A stretch of 64,000 nucleotides of DNA from Nitrospirota bacterium (GTDB lineage Bacteria > Nitrospirota > Thermodesulfovibrionia > Thermodesulfovibrionales > JdFR-86), in contig CAVRJY010000001.1 in NCBI GenBank assembly GCA_963721805.1, positions 1 to 64,000 on the forward strand, read 5' to 3'. A program made the translations under genes and the position numbers. Numbering within the stretch: the stretch's first letter is position 1; each line of letters begins with the position of its first letter. Under the pieces are notes generated by a model, which searched no databases, had not been told where the DNA came from, and saw nothing but the letters and a program-made list of their open reading frames with translations. This document shows, piece after piece, positions 41,110 to 50,800 of the stretch.

Positions 41110-42071
41110 CAGATCACCTTCTTCAATTTTCTTTTTGATGCTAACTCCATTGCGGACTTTATTTGATATCCTACAGCGCACGCTACCGGTGAAGGAAAAG
41201 CATTGCCTACCTGCCGGTATGCAGCTGTCTTCTTTCCGTGAAATTGCCATTCATCTGGAAAGCCTTGTATGCGGGCGGCCATCCGCACCGTTAAGCGTGG
41301 CATACCTATAAAATCACGATCAGGCGCAAGGTCAGCGATTCCGTGGCCATCAACGCCCAAACTGGCCCATGCACGTTTTGCACGCGTCGGGCCTAAATCT
41401 GGCCCTCCATGTTTCTTGCTGCCACCGACCAGCGTTGGGGCAATGTCACAGGCGCGTTCTCTCCAGGATTTAGCGCCTCTCCAGCCACGCTCTGCCATTA
41501 GGTCAAATAAAACTTTCCCAACAGAAGGCGGATTGAGCTTGTATGGTTCAGGCCAATTGAAGTGATCAGCCAGATCGCTTCGCAATGCAACAAAAACCAC
41601 GCGTGGGCGCAGCTGCGGAACCCCATAATCACAGGCATTCAAAAGACGCCACTCGGTTGAATAGCCAAGCTTGCGTAGTGCTTTCACGATGCCCGCCCGA
41701 TATTCGTCAAAGACAGTATCGAGCAAGCCTCGGACGTTTTCAAGCATAACGGCGCGTGGACGGCATTCGCTAATAAGCCGAATCGCTTCTGGAAACAAAT
41801 CCCGCTCATCTTCATCCCCGAGCTGCTTACCTGCTTTAGAAAATGGCGGACAAGGAACACCCCCGGCAATCAGATCAACTCCGGCATAGTGCTTCGCGTT
41901 GAAATCCTTAATATCACCTTCAAGCACCATCCATCCCGGACGGTTGAGCCTAAGTGTAGCGCAGGCAGATGGGTCAATCTCAACAAGACACGCGTGCTCA
42001 AACCCGGCCACCTCCAAGCCCAAAGCCTGGCCGCCAGCACCAGCACATATCTCAATCGACGTTAACGGCAT
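41109..42071 (-). CDS. C5-cytosine DNA methyltransferase (M.NgoMIV/NaeI-like)
   Basis: ICAGAGG, GGVPCPPFS, ENVRG, PQLRPR, TRD GGSKKHGGPDLGPTRAK, QVGNA. Confidence 0.93.
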   Translation of the reverse strand: MPLTSIEICAGAGGQALGLEVAGFEHACLVEIDPSACATLRLNRPGWMVLEGDIKDFNAKHYAGVDLIAGGVPCPPFSKAGKQLGDEDERDLFPEAIRLISECRPRAVMLENVRGLLDTVFDEYRAGIVKALRKLGYSTEWRLLNACDYGVPQLRPRVVFVALRSDLADHFNWPEPYKLNPPSVGKVLFDLMAERGWRGAKSWRERACDIAPTLVGGSKKHGGPDLGPTRAKRAWASLGVDGHGIADLAPDRDFIGMPRLTVRMAARIQGFPDEWQFHGKKTAAYRQVGNAFPSPVACAVGYQIKSAMELASKRKLKKVI

Positions 42072-42213
42072 GTATTTCGAGCTATAATTATTATGCGGAA
42101 TCCCATGAGATATTCTAACAGACTACAATCGCATTGTGTCAAAAAATGAAGCACTCTGTGTTATAAACGTCGGCCCATTAGATGCCATATGCTTCCCCTT
42201 TCCACTAACCATA

Positions 42214-42813
42214 GTGAAGCTCCCCGTGGCAAGCCACGGGGCATCCGTGGCGCAGCTATAAGTCCAGCTGCGCAGGCAATTGCTTCTCTGCTCTGTGGCC
42301 GCGTATGTATTTGCGGATCATTTCCGAGGTCAAGCTGTCCCCGACTGTCCGCGCAAAGTACCCATCCTCCCACAGCTCACCCTTCCATAGTCTTTGCCTC
42401 AGCGATGGGTATTGCTTGAACAGCTCACGGGCGCTGATACTTTTCAGGGTTCTGACCACCACCCCTATCGAGTACCGTGGCGGGAACGATAGAAATATAT
42501 GCACATGGTCCTCCGCCACTTCCATCTCCACTATCTCATATTCATACTCTTCAGCTATCTCCCTGAAAAGTTCCGCGCACCGCTCGCGCATGTAACTTTG
42601 CGCGAACAGTCTCTTGCGATACTTAGGACACCATACCAGATGGTACCCGGTGTCATATACAGCGTGACTCGTCCTGCGTAACCCCATGCCTCATGATAGC
42701 CCGCAATTGCCTCGGCGGGAAAGGGGGACTTCCAGCCCCCCTTACATCCCCCCGGCAGGGATGCCATTCATCCCCGTGGCAAGCCACGGGGCATACTGGC
42801 ATGGTTTTCGTTA
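42214..42813 (-). mobile_element. IS200/IS605-family element, tnpA only
   Basis: Identical subterminal hairpins TCCCCGTGGCAAGCCACGGGGCAT at 42221 and 42771; reverse strand ends ...GCTTCAC and begins after TTGAT; exact ends inferred. Confidence 0.85.
42256..42687 (-). CDS. tnpA: Y1 (HUH) transposase
   Basis: YHLVWCPKYR, DHVHI, LKSISAR, LWEDGYF, KYI. Confidence 0.95.
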   Translation of the reverse strand: MGLRRTSHAVYDTGYHLVWCPKYRKRLFAQSYMRERCAELFREIAEEYEYEIVEMEVAEDHVHIFLSFPPRYSIGVVVRTLKSISARELFKQYPSLRQRLWKGELWEDGYFARTVGDSLTSEMIRKYIRGHRAEKQLPAQLDL

Positions 42814-42851
42814 ATCAAAAACGCACGTTTTCTAATTTTTCCTATTAGCTT

Positions 42852-42869
42852 CGGTTTATATATAAACCG
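42852..42869. promoter_or_regulatory. Perfect 18-bp palindrome, possible operator
   Basis: CGGTTTATATATAAACCG. Confidence 0.45.
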
Positions 42870-42993
42870 TAGTTGGATCGACATTTTGTGCGGAGTGTGC
42901 TTCAATACGGAATGGGCCAGATAAGGTCATATTGGAGGGCGCGGAAAGCACTCGACGGCATCCGGAAAAATGCCTTTGAGTGCCCGGTTGGCG

Positions 42994-43166
42994 CATCCGA
43001 ACAAAACCCCGAAAAACCGGCTAAAACATCCGAACATCCGAACACCCTCAAAACAAGAAAATGTAGGCTTTTCGCATGGTTTCACACTATTTTACGCCCA
43101 ACATCCGAACAAAAACGGCAAAAACGCGCGCGCACGCGCGCGGAATGCATAACTATACCTATGACC
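42994..43166 (+). repeat. CATCCGAAC-repeat element, copy 2
   Basis: CATCCGAAC at 42994, 43027, 43035, 43102, then AAAAACGCGCGCG...TAACTAT. Confidence 0.75.
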
Positions 43167-43178
43167 GGCCCTCAAATC

Positions 43179-43352
43179 ATGCCGTTGACCTTGTGGGGTG
43201 CGGGGGGCTTCCGTCATCCTCTCCCCCCGAAAGCGCGCCCAAATCGACTTCAGACAAGGCAGGGCGAGAAGACCGCCCGATGGTGTACTTGGGCGTACAT
43301 AGAGGGCGAGTCTTCGATGCCCAACGCAGTATCAAGCGATTTGGCGCGCTTT
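43179..43352 (-). repeat. Rod-hairpin element (type A), reverse
   Basis: Near-identical reverse complement of the 34170 and 52792 copies, including the tail. Confidence 0.9.
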
Positions 43353-43380
43353 GAAAGACCGTGCATGAAGGAGGTAAGCG

Positions 43381-43815
43381 ATGTTAAAAGAATTTAAAGA
43401 GTTCGCAGTTAGGGGCAACGTCGTGGATATGGCCGTCGGTATCGTGATCGGCGCTGCCTTCGGCAAGATCGTGACCTCGTTCGTGAGCGACATGCTCATG
43501 CCGCCCATCGGCCTGCTGATGGGCAAGGTCGATTTCTCGAACCTGTTTATCAACCTATCGGCCACGTCATATGGCACGCTCGCCGAGGCCAAGGCCGCCG
43601 GGGCACCGACGCTGAACTACGGCCTGTTCTTGAACACGCTGATCGACTTCGTGATCGTGGCGTTCGCGATATTCCTCTTCGTGCGCCAGATGAACCGCCT
43701 GCGCCGCTCGGAGGCGCCTCCGCCGCCCGCGACAAAGGACTGCGCATACTGCCTGTCGGCCATACCGGTATTGGCGACGCGCTGCCCGCATTGTACGTCC
43801 GAGCTAAAGGGCTGA
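43381..43815 (+). CDS. mscL: Large-conductance mechanosensitive channel with C-terminal zinc ribbon
   Basis: [33 protein letters not shown]...CPHC tail. Confidence 0.95.
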   Translation: MLKEFKEFAVRGNVVDMAVGIVIGAAFGKIVTSFVSDMLMPPIGLLMGKVDFSNLFINLSATSYGTLAEAKAAGAPTLNYGLFLNTLIDFVIVAFAIFLFVRQMNRLRRSEAPPPPATKDCAYCLSAIPVLATRCPHCTSELKG

Positions 43816-43876
43816 GAGGCCGTCTGGCCTCTCTTGCTAACGGCATGTTACCTTGGGAGGGAGGGAGAGGGGGTTG

Positions 43877-44344
43877 CTAGTAGATCGAGCGGATGCGGCC
43901 GGTCCTGCGGTCGAAGATCACGGTGTCGATGACCTTGTTGCCGAGCACGACGTCGGCCCTGATGAACCGGCCCGCGCCCAGGATGTGCTGGACCCCCATG
44001 CCGCGCTCGTGGAAATAGGCCATAAGGGCCTCCTCGGCCTGCTGGGACATCATCACGACCGGGTGCCTGAACCCCTCGCCGCCGGTGCTCTCACCGCCGT
44101 AATGGGTGCACTTGGCGCAGTAATCGCCGTAGGGTACGACGGTGTTGCTGACGTCGCCGGCTATCGCGGCCGAAGCGGTCGAAAGTACGACGAAGAGGGC
44201 GAGGCCCGAGAGCGTGCGGCGCGTCAGCCTTGTTGCGGGTAGGTGCCTGAGGCCCGTCCCTCCACGGAGGGTTGGGGAAGGGACGGGCCTTCGGCTGGAT
44301 ACTGCCCCTGTCCTTGGGGGGTGGGATGGAGCAGTTTTACACAC
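43877..44344 (-). CDS. Hypothetical exported protein (start uncertain)
   Basis: Signal-like hydrophobic stretch, YGDYCAKC, C-terminal IFDRRTGRIRSIY. Confidence 0.6.
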   Translation of the reverse strand: MCKTAPSHPPRTGAVSSRRPVPSPTLRGGTGLRHLPATRLTRRTLSGLALFVVLSTASAAIAGDVSNTVVPYGDYCAKCTHYGGESTGGEGFRHPVVMMSQQAEEALMAYFHERGMGVQHILGAGRFIRADVVLGNKVIDTVIFDRRTGRIRSIY

Positions 44345-44357
44345 TTTTTATATGACC

Positions 44358-45047
44358 TTATTGCCTGCAGCCGCAGTTGCCGTGACGCGGTGCGTCACAG
44401 CCGCTCTCATAGCGCTGTCCGCAGTTGCCGCAGCCGCTATCATAGCGCTGGCCGCAGCCGTTGTCGCAGCCGCTATCGCAGGGCTGTCCGCAGTTGCCGC
44501 AGCCGCTGTCATAGCGCTGGCCGCTCATCCCGCAGCCATCATGGCGCTCATGCTGGGGGCAGCCGCTGGGGCCGCCCTGAGACATGCCATACGCGCCACC
44601 GAGCATCGCGGGGCCGCCGCCGGGGTGCTTGGGGCAGCTCTTGACGCCGCCCTGGCCCATCATCCTGTGGTGCATCGGGCCCATGCCCATGCCCACGGGG
44701 CTGTTGCCCATGCCCATGCCGGCCGGCATGCCGAGCTTGTCGGCGAGTTCGGCGCGGAGCTTCTGGAGCTCGGCGCTTATGGCCTCGGCCTGCTTCTGGT
44801 CGCCTTTTCTTACGGCCTCGCGGTAGTCGAACCACTTGTTGTGGATCTCACGGCGCAGGGGTGCGGTCGCATCGAGGGCCTTCTGGACATCCTCGGGGGC
44901 TTTTACGGAATCGTTTAGGGAGGGAACGCCGTCCCATCCCCATACCGGGCCGCCGCCCCACCACGCATATGCGGCACCGCTCATCGACAGCAGGCCGACG
45001 ATCAGCGCGGCAATCAGCATCCTTTTATTTCCGAAGTATCTGCTCAA
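44358..45047 (-). CDS. ZraP/Spy-like periplasmic protein with Cys/Gly-rich repeat tail
   Basis: Signal peptide ending AYA, ATAPLRREIHNK helical core, GM-rich linker, GQRYDSGCGNC repeats; CAGGAGG RBS. Confidence 0.7.
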   Translation of the reverse strand: MSRYFGNKRMLIAALIVGLLSMSGAAYAWWGGGPVWGWDGVPSLNDSVKAPEDVQKALDATAPLRREIHNKWFDYREAVRKGDQKQAEAISAELQKLRAELADKLGMPAGMGMGNSPVGMGMGPMHHRMMGQGGVKSCPKHPGGGPAMLGGAYGMSQGGPSGCPQHERHDGCGMSGQRYDSGCGNCGQPCDSGCDNGCGQRYDSGCGNCGQRYESGCDAPRHGNCGCRQ

Positions 45048-45092
45048 TCAAGCCTCCTGGAACCGCCTTGTATGGTATAAGCCTACCATTTA

Positions 45093-45134
45093 ACTTTGAA
45101 GACCATTTGAAGTAATTATGAAATCATTATGAAG
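45093..45134. promoter_or_regulatory. Four direct repeats at 11-bp period (response-regulator-type operator)
   Basis: TGAA at 45097, 45108, 45119, 45130 (ACTTTGAAG, ATTTGAAG, ATTATGAAA, ATTATGAAG). Confidence 0.65.
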
Positions 45135-45210
45135 GCCTCTAATGCAAGCCCGCTTGCCACGGCCGCGGGGCGGGGGTTACAATCATAGCTGCCGCAGGGG
45201 AGGTATTACG

Positions 45211-45810
45211 ATGAAGATCATGCGCGCCACGGATCCGCGCGCCCTGGACGAGGCCGTACGCGTGCTCGCGATAGGCGGTGTCGTGGCATACCCGACCGAG
45301 ACCTTCTACGGGCTCGGCGTCAGGTTCGACAACGTCACCGCGCTGGAGAAGCTCGCGTCGCTGAAGGGCCGCGCGGCCGGGAAGGCGTTTCCGCTGATAG
45401 TGGGCGACGAGGCCGTTTTAGCGCTCGTGGCGGCCGAGGTCGGCGAGCAGGCCGAGGCGCTGATCTCGGTATACTGGCCCGGCGCACTTACGATCCTGTT
45501 CCCCGTGCGGCCCGGCCTGCCCGAGCGCATAAGCGCGAACCGCAAGGTCGCGGTGCGTATGCCCGGCGGCGCGTTCGCGCTGACGCTTGCCAAGGCGGCC
45601 GGTGTGCCTGTCACCTCTACGAGCGCCAACCCAGGCGCGATGTACCCGCCGGTCACGGCCGGCGAGGTAATGCGGTATTTCATGGCCGGGGGCGTGGACC
45701 TCCTGATCGACGGCGGCACGACGGCCGGGGGCGAGCCCTCGACCATAGTGGACGCCAGCGGCCCGGAGATCAAGCTCGTGCGCAAGGGCGCGGTGCGGCT
45801 CATTGACTGA
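45211..45810 (+). CDS. tsaC: L-threonylcarbamoyladenylate synthase (YrdC/Sua5)
   Basis: YPTETFYGL, LKGR, WPGALT, AVRMP, STSAN, PSTIVD. Confidence 0.92.
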   Translation: MKIMRATDPRALDEAVRVLAIGGVVAYPTETFYGLGVRFDNVTALEKLASLKGRAAGKAFPLIVGDEAVLALVAAEVGEQAEALISVYWPGALTILFPVRPGLPERISANRKVAVRMPGGAFALTLAKAAGVPVTSTSANPGAMYPPVTAGEVMRYFMAGGVDLLIDGGTTAGGEPSTIVDASGPEIKLVRKGAVRLID

Positions 45811-46231
45811 ACGCGCGCGCGCCCGCTCCGAGGAGATGCGCGCGGCCTACGATGCGGTAAGCCCGTTTATCGAGTCCCACACCGCGCTCATATGCCCGAG
45901 CTGCGAACGCGTCTGCTGCATGGACCGCCACGGGGAATATTCGGCCGAGGACCTCGCGTACCTCTCCGCGCTGGGCGAGCCGCTCCCGGATACGACGCGC
46001 AAAGCCAACGACACCGAGCCCTGCCGGTACATGACCCGGACCGGATGCGGCATCGCGCGCTGGCAGAGGCCCTTCAGGTGCACGTGGTTTTTCTGCGACG
46101 CGCTGCTGGAGGAGATGCCCCGGAAGGACAAGCGCGGCTACAGGAAGTTCATCCAGTCCCTCCGCGAGCTTCAGGCGCTCAGGGCCGAGATCGCGGCGGA
46201 GTTGGAGTTGGACTCTACGAGGGTTCGTTAA
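45803..46231 (+). CDS. Cysteine-cluster hypothetical protein (YkgJ-like)
   Basis: CPSCERVCC...PCRYM...GC.I...RPFRCTWFFC. Confidence 0.6.
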   Translation: MTERARARSEEMRAAYDAVSPFIESHTALICPSCERVCCMDRHGEYSAEDLAYLSALGEPLPDTTRKANDTEPCRYMTRTGCGIARWQRPFRCTWFFCDALLEEMPRKDKRGYRKFIQSLRELQALRAEIAAELELDSTRVR

Positions 46232-47770
46232 AGGCGGTGCAGCGCCGCCCTTTTGCGCGTAGTATATCGCGCGCTTTTGCAATGTCTGCCAGTATCTGCG
46301 CTCGGAGCGCATCGACCGAGGAAAACGCGCGCTCCTCGCGGATGCGGTCGATAAAGTGCATGCGAAGCTCCCGGCCGAGTATGTCGCCCTTGAAGTCCAT
46401 GATATGCACCTCCTGGCTCGGGGCCGCGCCCTTGAACGTCGGGTTGTCGCCTATGTTCGCGGCAGCGTCGTAGAGCACTCCGTCGAGTTCGGCGCGCACC
46501 GCGTAAACGCCCTTTCTTCGGCACGAGTTCGCTTTGCGACTGTATGTTCGCGGTCGGGATGCCGAGAACGGATGAGCCCCGGCCCGCGCCCTTCACGACG
46601 ATGCCGTGTATGGAATAGGCCCGGCCCAGGAGCGTCGATGCCTCGCACACGCGGCCCCAGTTAAGCAGGCTCCGCACACGGCTCGAACTCGCCTTCTCGC
46701 CATTGACCGAGACGCTGCGCACGACGCGCACCTTAAACCCGAGCCTCCTGCCGCGCCGCCTCAGCAGTTCGGTTGTTGCCCTTCCTGCCCTTGCCGAACG
46801 TGTATCCGTGCCCGACCACGACGCCGCGCACGCCGAGCCTCCCTACGAGGACGCCCTCGATAAACTCCTCGGCGTCCATCGAGGCGAACTCGCGCGTAAA
46901 CGGGACGAAGAGCACGCGTTCGGCCCCGGCGCGCATCAAGAGCGCCGCGCGGTCCTCCGGGGTGCAGAGCAGTCTGAGGTCGCGCTCCGGCGCGAGCACC
47001 TTTATCGGGTGGGGGTCGAACGTGAGGGCCATCACGCCGGCGTCGAGGCTGCCGGCCATGTCCGAGGCGGTCGAGATGATGCGGCGGTGACCGGCGTGCA
47101 TCCCGTCGAAGTTCCCTATCGAGACGACCATGCCGCGCGCCGTGCGGTCCACGTTACGGAGCCCCCTGATGACAGCGGTTGGCTGGGGCATAGCGGCGCT
47201 GAGCCTCGGCATGAGTTCGCTGACCTGTGCGGCGAGCGCATCGCGCGTGGTGCGGTTGACGAGCACGTAGTCCGCGCGGCGGACCTTCTCGGCCTCCGGC
47301 CACTGGGCGCGGCGGCGGGCGAGCGAGGCCCTCGAGCTTATGCCGGTCTCGCGGAGCCTCGCGCTCGACAGCGCATGGCCCGATTCGACCACTACGGTGC
47401 GGTCGAAGCGGCCGGCCATGCCCGCCTCGAAAAGCAGCGGCACCTCGATGACCGCTACCTTGGCGCGCACACGCGAGAGAGCGCGCTCGATGCGCTCGAG
47501 CACGAGGGGGTGCAGGAAAGCCTCGAGGCGGGCGCGCGCGTCGTCGTCCGCGAATATGGCCTTGGCGATCGCGCACTTGTCGGCCGCTCCCTGCGGCGTC
47601 ACGGCCTGTGGCCCGATGATCGAGCGGACTTTGGCAAGGACCTCCGGTTCTTCGAGCAGCGAGGCCACGACGTCGTCGGCCGAGAGCGTAAAGGCCCCCT
47701 CGCGCCTGAATTCCCCAAGCGCCGTGCTCTTACCCGAGCCGTAGTTTCCTGTGAGCCCGACCCTGACCAT
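46215..47770 (-). CDS. coaE-ribF: Dephospho-CoA kinase fused in frame to FAD synthetase/riboflavin kinase (frameshifts near 46770 and 46510)
   Basis: GLTGNYGSGKS, HPLV, EVPLLFE, ADYVLVN, then without a stop IGNFDGMHAGH, TFDPHP; SSSRVR, GIPTAN and EVHIMDF in shifted frames. Confidence 0.8.
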
Positions 47771-47869
47771 GACAGGTATTATACACTTCACGGCACAATG
47801 GGGATAATGCCCATAAGCGGGATGTATTATAATATCGGGGCGATACAATAACGACTTGCGAGGTGAGAG

Positions 47870-48265
47870 ATGGAGAAAGCCGAGCTTAAACAGGCGCTGG
47901 CCGTAAGCCTCAAGGAATCCGACGAGGCGGCCGCCTCGATAGCCGGGCGCGTGCTGGCATGCGCCAACGCCCTGCGCACGAACCCAGGCCGCGAGACTCT
48001 CGGCATGGTGGCCTCAGTTGCCGAGGACCTCGGCAGCCTGGCAGAGCTCGTCCGCAACATGCGCGTCTCGTCGCTGGGGCTCGGGCTCTCCTCCGGCGAC
48101 GCGTTTTCGGCCTGGGACCGGAGCGTCGTGCACTTCAGCGAGATGGTCGCCGCGTTCGGCCGCCAGGACTGGGGCGCGCTGGCCGATCTGCTGCAGTACG
48201 AGATCCACCCCCTGCTGCTCGATACCCGCAAAGGGCTTGGCTCGATGCTCGACGCACTTAAGTGA
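47870..48265 (+). CDS. Hypothetical helical protein preceding motility genes
   Basis: GAGGTG RBS; DWGALADLLQYEIHP. Confidence 0.6.
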   Translation: MEKAELKQALAVSLKESDEAAASIAGRVLACANALRTNPGRETLGMVASVAEDLGSLAELVRNMRVSSLGLGLSSGDAFSAWDRSVVHFSEMVAAFGRQDWGALADLLQYEIHPLLLDTRKGLGSMLDALK

Positions 48266-48331
48266 AAGCCGTATTCGGTCGATATTAACTCATGGGTATA
48301 ACCATGCGGCAGAGGGCTAAGGGGGGAGCAT

Positions 48332-49221
48332 ATGCTTAAGTTTCACGCCGAGGCGACCGTGCAGTGGCGGTTTCCGGACGAGAAGGTCTTCTACGCGGCC
48401 CGCATCGTCTCGCAGGGCGAGGCCCAGCTCGCGCTCCGCATGCTGGACCGCCCCGGCCGCACCCCTGTCAAGGGCCAGGACCTCGTGCTGCGCGTCGACG
48501 TCGACGACTACCATACGGAGGTCCTCGAGACCTCAGACGGCGCCACGCTGTTTCTCAGGCCGGTCATGAGCGAGCAGCGCCGGTACTTCCGCGTGGACGA
48601 CTACTTCCCTGTTATCGCCAGAAAGAGTGCGCGCGGCAAGTCCGCGTCAGGCCGCTCGCGCGTGATCCCGGTCTTCGGGTTCGAGAGCGCGGAGCTGGAA
48701 CTCCCGGAGGAGCTCGACGACCCGGCCCAGATGCGCATCTGGCGGGCCCTGCACGGCCTCAACAGCAAGCTCAGCATCGTGGCCTACCACATGGAGGTCA
48801 CGCAAGACCCCCTCTCCAAGCAGGCCGATCGCGCCGGGCAGATCATAAAGCTCATCGAGCAGGCCGACGCCGAGGCTCGCCTCGGTGATGGAGCAGCTCG
48901 GCATCAGCCGCCAGCGCCTCGCGCGCGCCGAAAACAAGCGCATCAACATCAGCGCCACCGGGATCAGGTTCGTCACGGACGAGCCGCTGCGCGCCGGAGA
49001 CTACCTGGACCTGCGGCTGCTGCTGCCGACCGAGCCACCCGACGGCCATAGTCGCGCGCGCGCGGGTGGTGACGGCCAACGACCTGGGCCAGGGCAGGTT
49101 CGAGGTCGCGCTGAACTTCGCGGACATGGACGAAAACATCCAGGACCTCATCGTGCGCTACGCGATGGACCGCCAGCGCGATCTCGTAAAGCGGGGCCAG
49201 CGCGGCCCGGTCGAGGACTAG
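48332..49221 (+). CDS. PilZ-domain protein (frameshifts near 48885 and 49045)
   Basis: QRRYFRV and NISATGIRF motifs, EVALNFADMDE. Confidence 0.75.
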
Positions 49222-49224
49222 CCC

Positions 49225-49984
49225 ATGGACCCGGCCGCGATATTCGGCCTCCTGATCGGCCTTGCTGCGGTAGTGCTCGGCAATATGCTCGACGGCGGAA
49301 AGACCGCGGGCATACTTCAGCTCACGGCGGCCGTGATCGTCTTCGGCGGGACGCTCGGGGCTACGATGCTCAGCTACCCGATGCCGTATATCATGAAAGC
49401 CTTGCGCGCGCTCGGCCGTGCGTTCTCTGACCGGCGGCCGGACACCCGCGAGACGGTCTCGGAGCTCGTCGTCTTCGCGGCGCGCGTCAGGCGCACCGGG
49501 CTCCTCTCGATGGAGCCGGAATTCGGCAACATCAGCCGATCCCTTCATGCGCCGGGGCCTGCGGCTGGCGATGGACGGCATATCGCCCTCCACCCTCAGA
49601 GAGACGATGGAGCAGGAGCTCCGGAGCTTCGAGGACGACTCGCGCCGCGCGACCCGGGTGTTCGAGACCGCCGGGGGCTATGCCCCGACGATAGGGATAC
49701 TGGGCGCGGTGCTCGGCCTGATCGAGGTCATGCGCAACCTGGCCGACCCCACGCGCCTCGGGCTCGGGATAGCCGTGGCCTTCGTCTCGACCCTGTACGG
49801 CGTCGGGGTCGCGAACCTCGTCCTGCTGCCCCTGCACCGCAAGCTCCTAAACCTGCTCGAGCTCGAACTCGGCCACCGCGAGATGATCATCGAGGGCGTC
49901 CTGGGCATACAGGGCGGGATGAACCCCCGTTACCTGGAGGACCGCCTCATGGCGCACGTACCCAAAGAGGAGCGCATCAGGTGA
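49225..49984 (+). CDS. motA: Flagellar stator A subunit (MotC/PomA-like short type), frameshift near 49535
   Basis: IVFGGTLGA, RRTGLLSME, YAPTIGILGAVLGL, AFVSTLYG. Confidence 0.88.
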
Positions 49985-50676
49985 GAAGGCGCTGGCGGAG
50001 GGGAAGCCGCGAGGACCGCGAGAACACTGACCGCTGGATGGTCTCGTACGCGGACTTCGTGACGCTCCTGTTCGCGGTATTCACGACACTCTATGCCCTG
50101 AGCCACCTGGACGTCGGCAAGGTGCAGCAGTTCGCCGGATCGGTGCGCGGCGCGTTTTCGCAGACCGCTCCGCCGGTCACGGAGCAGCCCCCGCCGCTTA
50201 TACCGGGCATCAAGCCCCTGAGCCCGGACGTCACGGGGCTGGAGCGGGAGTTTCAGGAGGTGCTGGCCCCGCTTAAGGACAAAGACTCGATCACGCTGCG
50301 GCGCGACGACGCGGGGGCTGATCGTCTCGCTCGGCGACGCGCTGCTGTTTGAGAGCGGCAGCGCGGACCTCAAGGCCTCGGCGCGCCCGGCGCTGGACGC
50401 CGTAGCCTCGGTTTTGAGGCCCGCCCCAACGAGGTCACGGTCGAGGGCCATACCGACGACGTCGCGATCCATACCGAACGCTTTCCCTCGAACTGGGAGC
50501 TCTCGACGATGAGGGCCACGAACGTCCTGCGCTACCTGACCCAGAACTACGGCCTGCCGGCCGCGCGGTTTTCGGCCGCGGGCTACGGGGAGCAAAGGCC
50601 GATAGCCCCGAACGTAACGCTTGAGGGCAGGACCAAAAACAGAAGGGTTGACATAGTAATACATGTCAGGCAATAA
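49981..50676 (+). CDS. motB: Flagellar stator B subunit (MotD-like), frameshifted
   Basis: WMVSYADFVTLLFA, EGHTD, NWELS, NRRVDI. Confidence 0.85.
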
Positions 50677-50800
50677 TTTGGTGACGGCGCGGGGGCAGGC
50701 GTCCATGCGCGCGCGGCGTGCGGCTCACATCGTAATGTCCTTGTTATTGTTTAAAGTTCTGGGGGACTTGCGCCGATATGAAAGGCCGGACTGACACGAC

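Noticed and set aside
42080..42260. TnpB/omega-RNA system beside tnpA
   Set aside because: The right-end hairpin follows the tnpA stop within about 12 bp; no tnpB or iscB sequence
43735..43815. Zinc ribbon on MscL as a novelty
   Set aside because: To my knowledge this C-terminal CxxC...CPxC extension is common among MscL homologues
44100..44125. c-type heme motif in the exported hypothetical protein
   Set aside because: Sequence is CAKCTH (CxxCxH), not CxxCH
44358..44560. Cys-rich repeats as a RiPP precursor
   Set aside because: No maturase, peptidase or transporter nearby, and the repeats are the tail of a secreted helical protein
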